From: Macrostomum lignano
Taxonomy: Eukaryota
Reading direction: 5' to 3'
DNA: 64,000 nucleotides
Assembly: GCA_002269645.1 (NCBI GenBank)
Contig: NIVC01001096.1
Span: 248,001-312,000 of the forward strand
Shown here: piece by piece, positions 62,301 to 64,000 of the stretch
Position numbering within the stretch: the stretch's first letter is position 1
Layout: each line of letters begins with the position of its first letter
Program-made: the position numbers and the translations under genes
The notes under the pieces: model-generated
The model's database searches: none
Seen by the model: only the letters and a program-made list of their open reading frames with translations
Told to the model about the DNA's origin: nothing

Positions 62301-63391
62301 GGATGTGGGAGGCTGGCCCAGCAACTGAGGACCTGGGAGGCTGGCCCAGCAACTGAGGATCTGGGAGGCTGGCCCAGCAACTGAGGATGTGGGAGGCTGG
62401 CCCAGCAACTGACACTCTGGGAGGCTGGCCCAGCAACTGACACTCTGGGAGGCAGGCCCAGCAACTGACACTCTGGGAGGCTGGCCCAGCAACTGACACT
62501 CTGAGAGGCTGGCCCAGCAACTGAGGATCTGGAAGGGTGGCCCAGCAACTGACACTCTGGGAGGCTGGCCAAGCAACTGAGGATCTGGGAGGCTGGCCCA
62601 GCAACTGACACTCTGGGAGGCTGGCCCAGCAACTGAGGACCTGGGAGGCTGGCCCAGCAACTGACACTCTGGGAGGCAGGCCCAGCAACTGACACTCTGG
62701 GAGGCTGGCCCAGCAACTGAGGATCTGGGAGGCTGGCCCAGCAACTGAGGATCTGGGAGGCTGGCCCAGCAACTGACACTCTGGGAGGCTGGCCCAGCAA
62801 CTGAGGACCTGGGAGGCTGGCCCAGAAACTGACACTCTGAGAGGCTGGCCCAGCAACTGAGGATCTGGGAGGCTGGCCTAGCAACTGAGGATCTGGGAGG
62901 CTGGCCTCTGGGAGGGTGGCCCAGCAACCGAGGATCTGGGAGGCTGATGATGGCCCAGCCTAAGCATTAATGCCGACAGCAAAGAATCTCACCTTAAGCA
63001 GGAACAGCCTACAGCGAGTGTCGCAGGTAACCTCAAAGTCGATAATCAGGGATCCAACAGGCGTGACATCGGCGGCAGCAGCAGCAGCGGCGGCAGCAGC
63101 AAATGACGCAGAAGTGTCGTCACCCTGCTGAGCACCCTGAGGCTGGTGAAATCCGGGCAAGTCCAAAGTCAAAACGCGCGAGTGGCGCGTACGGGTTGGC
63201 GCAGTCTGCACCCGGTCACCCATGAGCTGCCAGGCCTGCTCAGAGCAGGTGCTGGAGCCGTCCACTTGCAGCACCAGACAGGACAGGTTCATCAGCGGTG
63301 GAGTCACCAGCCAGTTGGAGGCCACGTATTCGTGCACGACCTGGCACAGGGGATCGGGGTCGGATTGGGATTGCGGATTACGGCGCTTCTG
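55647..63391 (-). CDS. ELAPOR: ELAPOR/KIAA1324 (UPF0577) family type-I membrane protein, 3' part. Exons ~63391-62993, 61349-61285, 61149-60928, 59764-59407, 57552-57319, 56949-56720, 56542-56387, 55965-55647
   Basis: All internal junctions are GT-AG and phase-compatible. Family motifs: [28 protein letters not shown]...CYPCP...[37 protein letters not shown] helix [20 protein letters not shown], then [14 protein letters not shown] and [14 protein letters not shown]. The 5' exons lie beyond the window and the first acceptor is approximate. Confidence 0.92.
56020..56380. repeat. (GACA)n intronic microsatellite
   Basis: Read directly from the sequence. Confidence 0.95.
56995..57240. repeat. ~32-bp degenerate intronic minisatellite built on ATCGATCGAT and TTCCGGAA cores
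   Basis: Read directly from the sequence. Confidence 0.8.
57700..59315. repeat. 24-bp intronic minisatellite (GATTCTTGTAGATTATGGATTTGG)
   Basis: Read directly; KNPKSIIY 8-aa period. Confidence 0.95.
59870..60870. repeat. 23-bp intronic minisatellite (GGGATCTGGGAATGTGAGAATTT)
   Basis: Read directly from the sequence. Confidence 0.93.
61510..62945. repeat. 28-bp intronic minisatellite (GGAGGCTGGCCCAGCAACTGAGGATCTG), ~51 copies
   Basis: Read directly from the sequence. Confidence 0.96.
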
Positions 63392-63419
63392 CCTTAGGTA
63401 ATTAGGCGATTTTATTAAT

Positions 63420-64000
63420 GGCTACTCTAATTGGCGATTTAATTAGGCGATTTTTACATGACTACTTTTATTAGGCGATTCTTAAATGGCTACTCTAATT
63501 GGGCGATTCCTAAATGGCTACTCTAATTGGGCGATTCCTAAATGGCTACTCTAATTGGGCGATTCCTAAATGGCTACTCTAATTGGCTGATTCCTAAATG
63601 GCTACTCTAATTGGCTGATTCCTAAATGGCTACTCTAATTGGGCGATTCCTAAATGGCTACTCTAATTGGGCGATTCCTAAATGGCTACTCTAATTGGGC
63701 GATTCTTAAATAGCTACTCTAATTGGGCGATTCCTAAATGGCTACTCTAATTGGCTGATTCCTAAATGGCGGCTACTCTAATTGGCTGATTCCTAAACGG
63801 CTACTCTAATTGGCTGATTCCTAAATGGCTACTCTAATTGGCTGATTCCTAAACGGCTACTCTAATTGGCTGATTCCTAAATGGCTACTCTAATTGGCTG
63901 ATTCCTAAATGGCTACTCTAATTGGCTGATTCCTAAATGGCTACTCTAATTGGCTGATTCCTAAATGGCTACTCTAATTGGGCGATTCCTAAATGGATAC
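63420..64000. repeat. 28-bp intronic minisatellite (AATGGCTACTCTAATTGGGCGATTCCTA), runs off the window
   Basis: Read directly from the sequence. Confidence 0.95.

Noticed and set aside
57716-62927. Long repetitive ORFs ([28 protein letters not shown])
   Set aside because: Intronic minisatellites. Only the 59764-59407 portion of ORF 59392..60927 is a real exon.

Overview
Eukaryotic (animal) genomic DNA, roughly half tandem repeat. The short GT-AG introns, GC-rich codons and minisatellite-filled introns suggest an invertebrate such as the flatworm Macrostomum; this is inference only. Host genes: the last exon of an RGS gene (2.3 kb), five copies of a small secreted signal-peptide plus single-WSC-domain gene (three near-identical, two strongly diverged, one absent from the ORF track), two intronless LITAF-domain genes (49.0 and 51.0 kb) and eight 3' exons of an ELAPOR/KIAA1324-family gene (55.6-63.4 kb, minus strand). 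Mobile DNA: a dead 2.8-kb MULE with minisatellite-built TIRs and a 9-bp TSD, a deleted Gypsy-like relic, a BEL/Pao gag-protease fragment and two independent Crypton-type tyrosine-recombinase relics, one recoverable only by splicing. Positions ~7.9-29.65 kb form a large inverted duplication centred at 18764, with a ~7-kb apparently identical core whose ends both fall inside tandem arrays. The most interesting signal is the WSC family. Its leader exon and non-coding flanks are far more conserved than the mature domain, every copy has a satellite-filled intron just after the stop codon, and the copies sit next to Crypton relics. Most long ORFs in the track are repeat artefacts.
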